A stretch of 59,755 nt of DNA, counting the filler. It is 9 parts of 9 records of this genome, joined end to end, with 100 filler letters (N's around TTAATTAATTAA, not from the genome) between each part and the next. Parts side by side here need not be neighbours in the genome. Positions count along the whole stretch, not along the records: positions 28,374 to 35,442 come from SRR31156797_35729; positions 35,543 to 42,761 come from SRR31156797_35739; 7 more parts are not named here. One strand, given 5' to 3'. The translations under genes and the position numbers were made by a program. How positions within the stretch are numbered: position 1 is the first letter of the stretch; every line of letters begins with the position of its first letter. The notes beneath the pieces were generated by a model, which was not told where the DNA came from, made no database searches, and saw nothing but the letters and a program-made list of their open reading frames with translations. This document shows positions 30,628 through 40,419 of this stretch, in pieces.

Positions 30628-31181
30628 GAAAACAAGTTTTTATAATAAGTGTTGTTTTTTTTACAAGTTGTATGTTTGCAGAAACTAATATTGATAAATT
30701 GATTGATGCGATTCAAAAGTCTCCACTTGAAGATAGATACAAAAGAATGAATGAGTTAAAAAAAGTATTAAGATCTCAAAATGAGACCTATAGAAAAGAG
30801 GTTTTGATTCAACTACAAAACACCTTGAATAAAACATCATATGATACAAATACTAAAAGTGATCGTATCTCAACAGATAAGATCAAAGGGAGTAGAGATT
30901 CTAAAATTGATAACAATAAATCAAAACAGAACGATAGAATTGAAAAAAGTAAAATCACTATTGAAAAAGTAAATAGATCTAGTGTTTCAATTGAATCAAC
31001 TATTCAAAGAGATATACCAAGAGGAGATGATATTATTGATCTGCCTAATGTACCAGATGTTCCTGATATTCTCGATAGGCCTGACATTTCAGATATACCA
31101 GACTTCTCTGAGTTACCAGATAGACCTGATCATCATGATAGAGATGATATTCCAGATGATTTAAGACCACCAAGAAGATAA
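30624..31181 (+). CDS. Exported hypothetical protein with Pro-Asp-rich repetitive tail
   Basis: Signal peptide; tail PNVPDVPDILDRPDISDIPDFSELPDRPDHHDRDDIPDDLRPPRR. Confidence 0.7.
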   Translation: MRKQVFIISVVFFTSCMFAETNIDKLIDAIQKSPLEDRYKRMNELKKVLRSQNETYRKEVLIQLQNTLNKTSYDTNTKSDRISTDKIKGSRDSKIDNNKSKQNDRIEKSKITIEKVNRSSVSIESTIQRDIPRGDDIIDLPNVPDVPDILDRPDISDIPDFSELPDRPDHHDRDDIPDDLRPPRR

Positions 31182-31190
31182 TTAGATAGT

Positions 31191-32024
31191 ATGATAAAAC
31201 GATTTTTAACGATACTTACTTTTTGTTGGAGTTTTACTTATGCAGATCAAGTGATCTATGTGGATAATGATCTTGATGGAGTGGTGGATATTTATGATAA
31301 GTGTTTAAATACTCCTTTTGAATTTGAAGTAAATAAAGATGGGTGTCCCAAAGATCAAGATATTTTTGATCTACAAACAAAGATATCGTATACTCTAACA
31401 AAACACGATCATAAAACAGATGAATATAGATACAAATATATTTCCAATAGTCTTAATCTTACTTTTCAAAACTCTTCATATATTTTTGGGATCAGTAATA
31501 GTTATCTTTCAATTGATTATAAAGATACCACAGATGATATTGTATATGAGGTAAATGGATATAGTGATCTCTCACTTGAACTTGGATATAAATTTGATCA
31601 TGAGTATCTCTATTCGATCAATTTAATTAATAAGTTTAGTACTTCTAGAGAAGATAGTTTAACTACAGGAAGTAATGATCATATCTTGGAGTTAAATCTT
31701 CAACATATATTTGATACGATGAGTATATATGGTTTCGTTGCTTATAATTATTTAGGTGACTCAGAGGATGTAAACTATAATAATTATATTGATCTCTCTT
31801 TAGGCTTTATGAAAAAATATCAAAAGATCTATTATGGAATGAGTATATATTACGCTGAACCCATCTTAGAAAGCTCAAACGATCAAGTTGATCTACAAAC
31901 AACACTAAGTATTCCAATTGATAAAAATATACAACTAGGATTCTCGTATATTTCAAATATACTAGAACAAAGAAGTAATGATAGAAAAGATTCTTTCTCT
32001 TTTAAATTTTCTTATAGCTTCTAG
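31191..32024 (+). CDS. Outer-membrane beta-barrel-like protein with N-terminal thrombospondin type-3-like Ca-binding repeat
   Basis: Signal peptide; DNDLDGVVDIYDKCLNTP..VNKDGC; alternating beta pattern; C-terminal FKFSYSF. Confidence 0.7.
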   Translation: MIKRFLTILTFCWSFTYADQVIYVDNDLDGVVDIYDKCLNTPFEFEVNKDGCPKDQDIFDLQTKISYTLTKHDHKTDEYRYKYISNSLNLTFQNSSYIFGISNSYLSIDYKDTTDDIVYEVNGYSDLSLELGYKFDHEYLYSINLINKFSTSREDSLTTGSNDHILELNLQHIFDTMSIYGFVAYNYLGDSEDVNYNNYIDLSLGFMKKYQKIYYGMSIYYAEPILESSNDQVDLQTTLSIPIDKNIQLGFSYISNILEQRSNDRKDSFSFKFSYSF

Positions 32025-32086
32025 TTACACTCCACTTATACTTAATTGTTATAGTTCTATTACAACTAAAATAAAAGGAGTTAAAA

Positions 32087-32953
32087 ATGGGTAGAGGACA
32101 TGGAGGCCACGGAGGTCATGGTGGTCACGGAGGAAGAGGTTCAAGAGATGGATCTTATACTTATACAGAAACTGCACTAGATGTAACAACAACTGATAAT
32201 GGATATGAAGCAATAATTGAAGATAACAGTACACTAAGAAACTCACTTACCTTAGATGATGTAACTGGTACAAGTGATGCAGTGATCTTAAATCTTACTC
32301 AAGCAGATGGAAGTGATCAATATGTATCTTCTGTTTCTGTTGTAGGGATTGAAAGTGTTAATTTAAATATTACAATTGATGATTCAAATGATACAGATGA
32401 CACAGTAGTGGTATCAAGATTAAATATGGATGATACTACTACTTTAAATATTATCTCAGAAGAATCTATTCAGATCAATAGAATTAGTGCATCATCTTTA
32501 GAAACAGTTGATCTTACAGCTGCTGAGTCTGGGTTTGCTATTAATCATACCCATTCAACAACTGGTATTACCTATCTTCTAGATACAATTGGTGATGGAG
32601 TTGGTATTTTAAATTATGATACAGATAGTGATGGTGAGATGGATACAGCTGTATCTTCACTTGAACTAAACTTTAGTGTTCAAGATATCTTAGAGTTTTC
32701 AGCAACAAGTTTAGAAAACACTCTATTAGTAGAAAGAGCAGAAGTGGGTACGGATACTACAGCAGATATATTTGATCTCTCAGCTCTAGGAGTTACCTCT
32801 ATAGATGAGCTTACATTTACTGATGGTGATTGGACGTATGATTGTGTAGATACTGATGATCTTATGATCACATCTGATGCCTTTGATGGAGCACTTGTAT
32901 TAAGTGGTGTAACATCTGATGAGATAGATACAGCTAACTTTATCTTTGCATAA
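32087..32953 (+). CDS. Acidic beta-rich protein with N-terminal Gly-His repeats and a type-I-secretion-like C-terminus
   Basis: AAGGAG RBS; MGRGHGGHGGHGGHGG; no signal peptide; D..DLSALG...LVLSGVT...ANFIFA ending. Confidence 0.7.
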   Translation: MGRGHGGHGGHGGHGGRGSRDGSYTYTETALDVTTTDNGYEAIIEDNSTLRNSLTLDDVTGTSDAVILNLTQADGSDQYVSSVSVVGIESVNLNITIDDSNDTDDTVVVSRLNMDDTTTLNIISEESIQINRISASSLETVDLTAAESGFAINHTHSTTGITYLLDTIGDGVGILNYDTDSDGEMDTAVSSLELNFSVQDILEFSATSLENTLLVERAEVGTDTTADIFDLSALGVTSIDELTFTDGDWTYDCVDTDDLMITSDAFDGALVLSGVTSDEIDTANFIFA

Positions 32954-33001
32954 TTATAAATAATATTTTTCATATGTTTCTTTGTTAAATAGAGTTTAAC
33001 T

Positions 33002-34084
33002 CTATTTAACATTTTGTTCATCTTTCCATTCAAAAATAAAACACATCGGCAATTGATCTTTTTTTGCTAAAAATATAGCAGTGATATAACCAGACCCCAA
33101 TATTGAAATAATGGCAATAAGTGAACTAAAAGCAAGTGTAGAAAGACCAGTTAAACCTTGACCAACCGTACAACCAATTGCAAGTACTCCACCAGTTCCC
33201 ATCATTGCTCCACCGATCATATTATATTTGATCTTACTTCTTTGTAGATTAGAAGTACATCCAAAACTATATTTTTTATTTATTTTAGCCATAAAAAAAG
33301 CTCCAAATACCACACCTATAATAATAGAGATACTGAAAGTAAGCTCAGTAGTATTGTATTGTGTAAAAAACTCTAAAGTATTTCCTGTAGGATAGACAAA
33401 AGATAAACTCTCAAATTTTACTAATCTCTCAATACTCTCTTCTCCTAAAATACTTGTTATATACCAGCCACACCCTACTAAAAGTCCTATCAAGGCTCCA
33501 TCATAAAGTTCAAATATTCTTGAAGGCTTTTTGGTTACTTGTCTTAAGGCGAGTACTAAAAAAGCAATAAGGATAAATATATTTACACTTTGAATATTTA
33601 CTTTAGAAGAAAGCTCTATAAGAAATTGATTTTTGCTAAAGTATGATATAGGTTCATATAATACCCCTTGAGTTGTTGCATAGGCAAATATTCCTATAAA
33701 AAGCACCGTTACAAGTGAATAAGGATCCCCTTGAGCAAATTTTATAAGATGTCTACTACTACAACCATCAGCAATGATCATCCCAGCACCAAATAATGTA
33801 CCACCAAATATTAATGAGAAGTAATTCAAGTTCTCTTTATAATAGATACTTTCATTTAGATCAATCTCAAAATATATTGATATAAAATATGTTGAGATTA
33901 CAGCTGTAATAATTGCAGTAATAACGGACGCAGCTCTTCTTGTACTATTTGTTAGTAGATAATCTTTTATTGACCCACTAAAACAAAATTGATTTTTTTG
34001 AGCAATTATTCCAAAAGTCAATCCGAGTATAAACCCTAAAATATTGATTATTTGAAAAATTTCAAAATTTTCTGTTAATTCCAT
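33002..34084 (-). CDS. YeeE/YedE-family sulfur-compound (thiosulfate-type) transporter
   Basis: QFCFSG, GMIIADGCSS, GGVLAIGCTVGQGL conserved cysteines. Confidence 0.88.
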   Translation of the reverse strand: MELTENFEIFQIINILGFILGLTFGIIAQKNQFCFSGSIKDYLLTNSTRRAASVITAIITAVISTYFISIYFEIDLNESIYYKENLNYFSLIFGGTLFGAGMIIADGCSSRHLIKFAQGDPYSLVTVLFIGIFAYATTQGVLYEPISYFSKNQFLIELSSKVNIQSVNIFILIAFLVLALRQVTKKPSRIFELYDGALIGLLVGCGWYITSILGEESIERLVKFESLSFVYPTGNTLEFFTQYNTTELTFSISIIIGVVFGAFFMAKINKKYSFGCTSNLQRSKIKYNMIGGAMMGTGGVLAIGCTVGQGLTGLSTLAFSSLIAIISILGSGYITAIFLAKKDQLPMCFIFEWKDEQNVK

Positions 34085-34120
34085 GTAAACCCTTTGTTTA
34101 TGAATGTTTATTCAGTTTGA

Positions 34121-34196
34121 ATAGTATCATAATTAATACTTATTGTCAAGTAAACCAATAAAGTTACTTGACAATAGATAAAAAACTTGATAATAT
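34121..34196. promoter_or_regulatory. Back-to-back sigma70 promoters with a 13-bp inverted repeat spanning both -35 boxes
   Basis: Plus: TTGACA 34168-34173, 17 nt, TAATAT 34191-34196 preceded by TGA. Minus: TTGACA 34149-34144, 17 nt, TACTAT 34126-34121 preceded by TGA. Confidence 0.75.
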
Positions 34197-34222
34197 TCCA
34201 TCAAATTTAATAAAGGAAGCTT

Positions 34223-35146
34223 ATGAAAGGTGTATATAGACATATAATTGAATTGATTGGAAACACTCCTTTAGTACAATTAAATAAAGTTTCAAATATT
34301 ACAGGCACAAATATATTAGGGAAATGTGAGTTTTTAAATCCAACTAGTTCTGTTAAGGATTGAATTGCCTTAGCAATGATTGAAACAGCACTTGAAAATG
34401 GACAAATAACAAAAGATACAATAATAGTTGAGCCAACAAGTGGAAATACAGGAATTGGATTGGCAATGGTATGTGCTGTAAAAGGATTAAAGTTGATCTT
34501 AACTATGCCAGAATCTATGTCGCGAGAACGAAGAGAGCTTTTAAGTGCATTGGGAGCAAAATTAGAACTTACATCTGCTAAAGTTGGATTACCAGGAGCT
34601 ATTGACAAAGCAAAAAAAATACATGAGTCTATACCAGATAGTTATTTACCATTACAGTTTGAGAATCACGCAAATCCTGAGATTCATAGAAAAACAACAG
34701 CAGTTGAGATTCTAAAAGATACTGAAGGACAGGTAGATATTATTGTCTTAGGTGTAGGAACAGGTGGATCAATCACTGGAATTTCAGAGATTCTTAAAAG
34801 GTATAATCCTCATTTACAAGTAATTGCTGTTGAACCTAAAACTTCCGCTGTGTTATCTGGCGAAAAATCAGGTTCACATAAAATTCAAGGGATAGGGGCT
34901 GGTTTTATTCCTCAAGTATTAAATGAAGATATTTATAATGAGATAGTACAAGTCAGTAATGAAGATGCAATACAAACAGCTAAAGAGTTGGCTTTAGACG
35001 AAGGACTTATTGTAGGGATATCTTCGGGGGCTAATGTGTATGCAAGTACACAAATCGCAAAAAGAGAAGAAAATAGAGGAAAAACTATCGTAACTCTTTT
35101 ATGTGATACAGGTGAGCGGTATTTAAGTATGGGAATATATCAATAA
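34223..35146 (+). pseudogene. cysK: Cysteine synthase A with in-frame TGA at codon 47
   Basis: ATG 34223: MKGVYRHIIELIGNTPLV...KCEFLNPTSSVKD*IALAMIE, same frame as ORF 34376..35146 (EPTSGNTG, GVGTGGS, HKIQGIG, DTGERYLS). Confidence 0.8.
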
Positions 35147-35158
35147 TATAAAAGGAAA

Positions 35159-35442
35159 GTGATGAGTAAAAGCGAACGTAAAAATATAAGAAAAGATAAA
35201 GAGTTGTTTCGATCTTTTTTTAATAATAATATAGATGAGGATCTTATTTTAGAAAATATCATTGGAGACAATAAAGAAAACTATTTTGATCATACAGCAT
35301 CAGGATTAGCATTTCAACCCATTGAGGAAAGATTGCAAGAGGTATTAAAAACATATGCCAATATACACTCTAGTTTTTCAACAGATGCAAAACTAACATC
35401 TGAATACTATGATTCCTGTTTTCCACGAATTGAGAAAAACAT
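35159..35442 (+). CDS. Class V PLP aminotransferase / cysteine desulfurase-like, N-terminal fragment
   Basis: YFDHTASG...YANIHS motif. Confidence 0.7.
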
Positions 35443-35542
35443 NNNNNNNNNNNNNNNNNNNNNNNNNNNNNNNNNNNNNNNNNNNNTTAATTAATTAANN
35501 NNNNNNNNNNNNNNNNNNNNNNNNNNNNNNNNNNNNNNNNNN

Positions 35543-35569
35543 GTGGGGGTTCGAGTCCCTTCATCCGCA
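35543..35569 (+). tRNA. tRNA 3' end (probably tRNA-Leu; anticodon not visible)
   Basis: T-arm GGGGG-TTCGAGT-CCCTT then acceptor strand CATCCGC and discriminator A. Confidence 0.85.
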
Positions 35570-35576
35570 CTCGAAT

Positions 35577-35609
35577 AAAAAAGGATCAACTTTAGTTGAT
35601 CCTTTTTTT
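35577..35609 (+). terminator. Intrinsic terminator after tRNA
   Basis: AAAAAAGGATCAACT-TT-AGTTGATCCTTTTTT. Confidence 0.85.
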
Positions 35610-35887
35610 GTTTTTATGTTCCGTCCTGAAATAAGAGCCTGAAGGACTTAAATATTTTTAGCCCGGGGTAAGGGAGCGTTAGCGACTTTCACTTCGGGAT
35701 AATGTGAATTTTCACATCCGTCGTACTAGCAAGTGTAAAATAAATGGGATAAGATTCTTGCGACGGAATAGTAATCATTAAGAGGTATCCGCAAAACAAA
35801 TTGCGTATCGATCAATAATTTACAGCAAAAAAAAAGAGCCATTCAGGCTCCCTTTCTTTTATCTTGAATAGCATTCCAGATGCATTT

Positions 35888-36511
35888 TTAACTCATTAAA
35901 TTGAAAATAGCTAAGGCAAAAAGGTAGAATCGTAAGAAACGGAACAATCCAAACATCAGATATCTTTTAAAGCTAAAATGGATCATTCCGGAGGCGATAC
36001 TCACCATAGAAAAAGGAATGGGTAGCAATGCTCCAATAACAATTAAAAATCCGCCCCATTTCTTTATATGAGCAATATGTTTTTTCATTTTTCCCTCTAA
36101 TGCCTCTTGCAAGAAGGGAATCTTAACAATAGTTTTGCCAATAAAGTAGGAAACACACCCACCCAAATAAGAAAGCAGCGCTAAAAACGACAAGTGTACC
36201 ATCGGATTAGGCAGTGTTTTTACCCATGCAATGAACAGTTCAGGTGGAATCAAGCCCAATATCGATTCGGAAACAAAAAAGAGCGAAAAGACACCAAATC
36301 GAGAATAATCTTTTGTTTTCTCGGTGAATAAGCTATCTAAATCCAATACAAAATGATCCAGTAACAAAAGTGCACCAATAATAACCGCAAAGGGAAGAAT
36401 CACTTTTTTAAGACTTTCGATGATAAACTGGTAAAATCCGGTATAGGAATAATACTGATGAAGTAGCAAGACACGTGGCTTGCGATTTTTACGCTCAAAT
36501 TGTGTTTTCAT
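35888..36511 (-). CDS. YqaA/DedA (VTT domain) membrane protein
   Basis: SESILGLIPPELF, GALLPIPFS, FRFLRF; likely start MKTQF at 36511. Confidence 0.75.
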   Translation of the reverse strand: MKTQFERKNRKPRVLLLHQYYSYTGFYQFIIESLKKVILPFAVIIGALLLLDHFVLDLDSLFTEKTKDYSRFGVFSLFFVSESILGLIPPELFIAWVKTLPNPMVHLSFLALLSYLGGCVSYFIGKTIVKIPFLQEALEGKMKKHIAHIKKWGGFLIVIGALLPIPFSMVSIASGMIHFSFKRYLMFGLFRFLRFYLFALAIFNLMS

Positions 36512-36654
36512 ATAATACTTGAATAAGGCAGTAACTGCCACTTTATGATATGTACATACCAATTTAGAATAGCATTTTGCTATTGATCATTAAAAATTTG
36601 ATTGCGGGGATTAGATTCGATTAGGAATCAATAGTGTAGGTAATATGCTTTACT

Positions 36655-36942
36655 TTAAGCCTTTGGGGGAGGCGAGTCAATATCTTCAGAAGAATTGTCA
36701 ATGCCCAGTATTCTATTGAGAATACCATATTTGTTGTTCAGAATCATCAATTTGGAAAGTATGCTCGACATGTCTAACTCCTCAGCTTCTTCCTTATCTG
36801 TTTCATCCGAAACATCCGAATTATCGTTATTTGTATCAATGAGTCCAATGCACGATTTTCCATCCACACGCATAAAATTCTGTATCACCGGAAGCGATAA
36901 CAGAAAAACAGATAGAAGGAGCAGTAATAAAGACTTTTTCAT
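36655..36942 (-). CDS. Small hypothetical protein (N-terminal hydrophobic segment, acidic middle, C-terminal SPPP)
   Basis: ORF track 95 aa MKKSLLLLLLSVFLLSLP...DIDSPPPKA. Confidence 0.55.
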   Translation of the reverse strand: MKKSLLLLLLSVFLLSLPVIQNFMRVDGKSCIGLIDTNNDNSDVSDETDKEEAEELDMSSILSKLMILNNKYGILNRILGIDNSSEDIDSPPPKA

Positions 36943-37114
36943 TGATTTTTTTCTTCGTTACACAAATGTATCAAAAAATTCCACTTAACAATAGGTCGAA
37001 CTCTTATTTAGACAGGAAAGTTAGTGGAAATAGGGTTTTCCCCCATACGATATAGGTTGATTCCTGTTTCGCTTGATTGCTGCAGCTCATACTTTTGTAA
37101 ATAAAAATTGAGAC

Positions 37115-37942
37115 ATGCAGAAACTGGAAAAAAATAACTCAAACAATCGCATTTTAATTCTTGCAGATTTCTCGGAAGGTGGTTGGACTGCAGCCCGATT
37201 TGCAATGGAACATCTGTATCAGCCGGGAAGTATAATTTATATTCTTCAAACCTGGCAGAAACCATCTTATGGTAGCTCAATGGTACGGGATCTTACATCC
37301 ATTTTACAGAACATTACCAATAGCGAGTTAAAAGCATTGAAAAGAAAGATGTTGAGTATCTATCCGGATCTTGAGAAGGACATTCATTTGCTTTCGGTTG
37401 AAGGTGAATTGAGTCAGTTTTTCGAAAGTGATGCCTACTTGAATCACCAATGGCAATTGGTAATGAGTACGAAATACAAAAATGGAGAAACCAGCAAGAA
37501 TCCACGCTTTACCGAGATAATCGATCAAGTGAATCAGCCACTTTATCTGTTAAATGATATCGATTATGTGGACAATATCCCAAATGTATTTCTAATGACC
37601 AGTAATAAGATGGTAAGTTCAGAAGTACTAAATGTTTTGCAGCAAATAAATGCAAAGCAATATTCCAACATTCAGGTTTGCCTCGAGGATGATTCAATAT
37701 CTCAGCTAACGAAAGAGAAGCAAATAAAATTGGTGTCGAATGTCTGTACCAATAGTAAGTTACGCTTCTCAAAACTATGTAGCGATAATGGTTTAAACCA
37801 GATAAGGGAATACGAACGAAAGAGAATTCCAAACCTGATGATGTTTGATAAAAATCGCAATAGGAAAATCCAGAACAAGCTAAAAAACTATTTGGATCGA
37901 TGGTTGGTGAAAAGCAAGGGGATTAGTATCGGAACTTATTAA
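37115..37942 (+). CDS. Universal stress protein-like (divergent)
   Basis: RILILADFSE...AARFA N-terminal USP motif. Confidence 0.65.
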   Translation: MQKLEKNNSNNRILILADFSEGGWTAARFAMEHLYQPGSIIYILQTWQKPSYGSSMVRDLTSILQNITNSELKALKRKMLSIYPDLEKDIHLLSVEGELSQFFESDAYLNHQWQLVMSTKYKNGETSKNPRFTEIIDQVNQPLYLLNDIDYVDNIPNVFLMTSNKMVSSEVLNVLQQINAKQYSNIQVCLEDDSISQLTKEKQIKLVSNVCTNSKLRFSKLCSDNGLNQIREYERKRIPNLMMFDKNRNRKIQNKLKNYLDRWLVKSKGISIGTY

Positions 37943-37952
37943 TTGAAAGAGC

Positions 37953-38906
37953 ATGAGAGCAGGAAATATCTATAAAATAGTAGTGCCTATAAGTTTGAAA
38001 GGAGATAGTGAACAAGCATTAAAACAAGCTCTGTTTTTATGCAAAAAGACGAAATCGACACTTACTCTTTTACATGTTGTGCCATCTGATAAAAGCATAT
38101 TGCGCGTAATGCGTTCCAACATAAATAAAAGATTACAAGCTAGGGGAATGGTTCGTTTAATACGCTTTGCCAAATTATTCTTTGAGGGTAAAATCCCGAA
38201 TAACATTCATTTAAAAGTAGAGATTGGGAATCATGTAGAATCGATTATTGATTTTGCCAATTCTGAGAGGTTTGATTTATTGGTTCTTAATTCGGGTAAG
38301 AGGATTCATAATTTATCATCAAAATTAAAAAGGCAAAGCGTAGAACGAATTGTTCGGGAGACCATATGTCCCGTAATATCGGTAAACGATAGATGGACGA
38401 ATAGGGGCGTCAGGGACATTTTGGTTCCCATTGATATCACCAGAAAATCGAAAGATTTAATCGAATGGTGCATTTTTATGGGGCAAACTTTTAATGCCAG
38501 AATTGAATTACTAGCAGCTCTTACGGTTAAAATTGAACTGAAGAGAAGTTTGGCTTACCGTAAGACACAGATCATGAAAAACTGGATTGAAAGAGATGGA
38601 GTAAGCTGTAAGGTAGAAATTGTGGAGCGAGAAATGAGCAGCAGAATAGACACCACCCTGGAGGAATTGAAGCATCGCAAGGCGGATTTGATCCTTATAA
38701 AAGGACATAGGGATTTAATATTTAGCGACACCGAAGGGGAAAGAATGATGTCGGAAATCATAAAATCTTCAAAAGTGCCAGTAATGAGCTTAGGGATAGA
38801 ATTCGAAGAGTTTTTTACAGATATTATTGGCGCGAACACGCAAAAAAAGAACGACAGAATTCCAATTTATATGTACGAGAAAAAGGAATACAACAACAAT
38901 CACTAA
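37953..38906 (+). CDS. Tandem-domain universal stress protein
   Basis: KIVVPISL..TLLHVV..DLLVL..ERIVRETICPVI; second domain DILVPID..ADLILI..SSKVPVM. Confidence 0.85.
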   Translation: MRAGNIYKIVVPISLKGDSEQALKQALFLCKKTKSTLTLLHVVPSDKSILRVMRSNINKRLQARGMVRLIRFAKLFFEGKIPNNIHLKVEIGNHVESIIDFANSERFDLLVLNSGKRIHNLSSKLKRQSVERIVRETICPVISVNDRWTNRGVRDILVPIDITRKSKDLIEWCIFMGQTFNARIELLAALTVKIELKRSLAYRKTQIMKNWIERDGVSCKVEIVEREMSSRIDTTLEELKHRKADLILIKGHRDLIFSDTEGERMMSEIIKSSKVPVMSLGIEFEEFFTDIIGANTQKKNDRIPIYMYEKKEYNNNH

Positions 38907-39190
38907 TAATAAGAGTCAAGTAAGAAAATCATAACAGATAATTGAATATTGGGGAATACGCAATTTGATTTTCTTAAGGAAAGCTTCCAGATTAGAATAA
39001 TATAATGCAAACATAGTTAGACGAAGGAAGCTTTCCATTTTGACTTTTAATGAAAAACACATTAAATGTGCAGCTTAATATGGAAAGTGGGTTCTATTAG
39101 TATTCGATTTATTTTCTGAAAGGAGGGAAAAGTCAGAAAAGAGATGAATAATATTTATAAATTTGTTAATCATCCAATGCAAATCTGTTT

Positions 39191-40414
39191 ATGAGTATCA
39201 AAAGAAACATTCGTATCAAACAAAAAATTGCAGGCATACTAATCATCTTTAGTTTGTTCTCTTTTGGTGGTATTCTTTACACGTTTAGTAGCAGTGCAAA
39301 GCTCGACAAATCCCATGTAAAATTGGTCGAGAACTCAGAGAAAATAGAAATAGAAATCTTCAATGTCAGAATTTATTTGAACGATAAGTTTGAGGCTGAT
39401 GGTGAAAGTAATAGCCACTTACGAAATTCAGGATTGGATAATGCAAATGCTTATATCCAGGAAATCGAGAAAATGATTTCTGATTCGAGAACCTACCATT
39501 CCGAAGGAGAAAAGAATCTTTTAGACAATCTGCTCATCCTAAAAGGTGATATCGAAAGAATTCGTAAATCGATTGATGAATCGGATTCACATGTTCCTTA
39601 CTTCGACGAATTTACTTCTGAATTCTCTGTTTACGAAAAGTCTCTACATCAATACATTAACGAGACCAATTATCACCTGAAAAGAGAAATCTTTATACTC
39701 TTGTTTGGGATTTTTATAATTCTTTTGGTGAGTCTTGCCTTAATAATTCGTTTAATGAACTCCCTAATTAGAATCAACAGACAACTGGTTCGCAATACAA
39801 TGAAAGTGGAGCAGGGAGAACGAAAGCGAATTGCAATGGATTTGCATGATGGATTGGGAGCACTTTTGTCGAGCATAGGAATGTACAGCAAAATTCTGGA
39901 GAAGGAGTTTAAAACGAATGAAATAGTTGCCGGAAGATTGAATCAGATTACACAACTATCCAAACAGGCACTAGATACAGTGGGAGAGGTGATCAACAAT
40001 TTAAATCCATCGGTTTTGAATCGCTACAATCTGGTTGAATCCCTCGATCGACTTTGCGACAAGATAAACAATGCCGGGAAATTAAATTTAGTATTAGGTA
40101 CTGCCAACTTAACAGGACAGCCACAAAAAAGTACAGAAGTTATTCTGTATAGAATTTGCAATGAACTAATAAATAACACCTTAAAGCATGCTTCAGCCAC
40201 TGAGGCAATACTTCAACTATCCGGTCAGAAATCCATCTGTTTAAAGTATTCGGATAATGGAAAAGGATTTGATAAAAACAATGTTTCAAGTGGAACAGGA
40301 CTTAAAAATATAACGGATAGAATCGATTCTATTGGAGGATTATATCGGATTAAAAGTTCACCTGGTAATGGATTTTCAATTGAAATTCAAGTAGAAATTA
40401 GCAAAGTAAAATAA
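39191..40414 (+). CDS. Sensor histidine kinase (HisKA_3 type)
   Basis: ERKRIAMDLHDGLG, ELINNTLKHA, DNGKGF, GTGLKNI. Confidence 0.93.
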   Translation: MSIKRNIRIKQKIAGILIIFSLFSFGGILYTFSSSAKLDKSHVKLVENSEKIEIEIFNVRIYLNDKFEADGESNSHLRNSGLDNANAYIQEIEKMISDSRTYHSEGEKNLLDNLLILKGDIERIRKSIDESDSHVPYFDEFTSEFSVYEKSLHQYINETNYHLKREIFILLFGIFIILLVSLALIIRLMNSLIRINRQLVRNTMKVEQGERKRIAMDLHDGLGALLSSIGMYSKILEKEFKTNEIVAGRLNQITQLSKQALDTVGEVINNLNPSVLNRYNLVESLDRLCDKINNAGKLNLVLGTANLTGQPQKSTEVILYRICNELINNTLKHASATEAILQLSGQKSICLKYSDNGKGFDKNNVSSGTGLKNITDRIDSIGGLYRIKSSPGNGFSIEIQVEISKVK

Positions 40415-40419
40415 GTCAT

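Noticed and set aside
34361-34363. TGA in cysK as selenocysteine or an alternative genetic code
   Set aside because: The position is a conserved Arg, not Cys/Trp/Gly, and TGA ends the response regulator (29586-29588) and kinase (30625-30627) genes on the same contig.
35620-35830. GC-richer patch after the tRNA terminator as ncRNA or att site
   Set aside because: No convincing structure or second copy in the window; possibly a degenerate repeat, unsupported.
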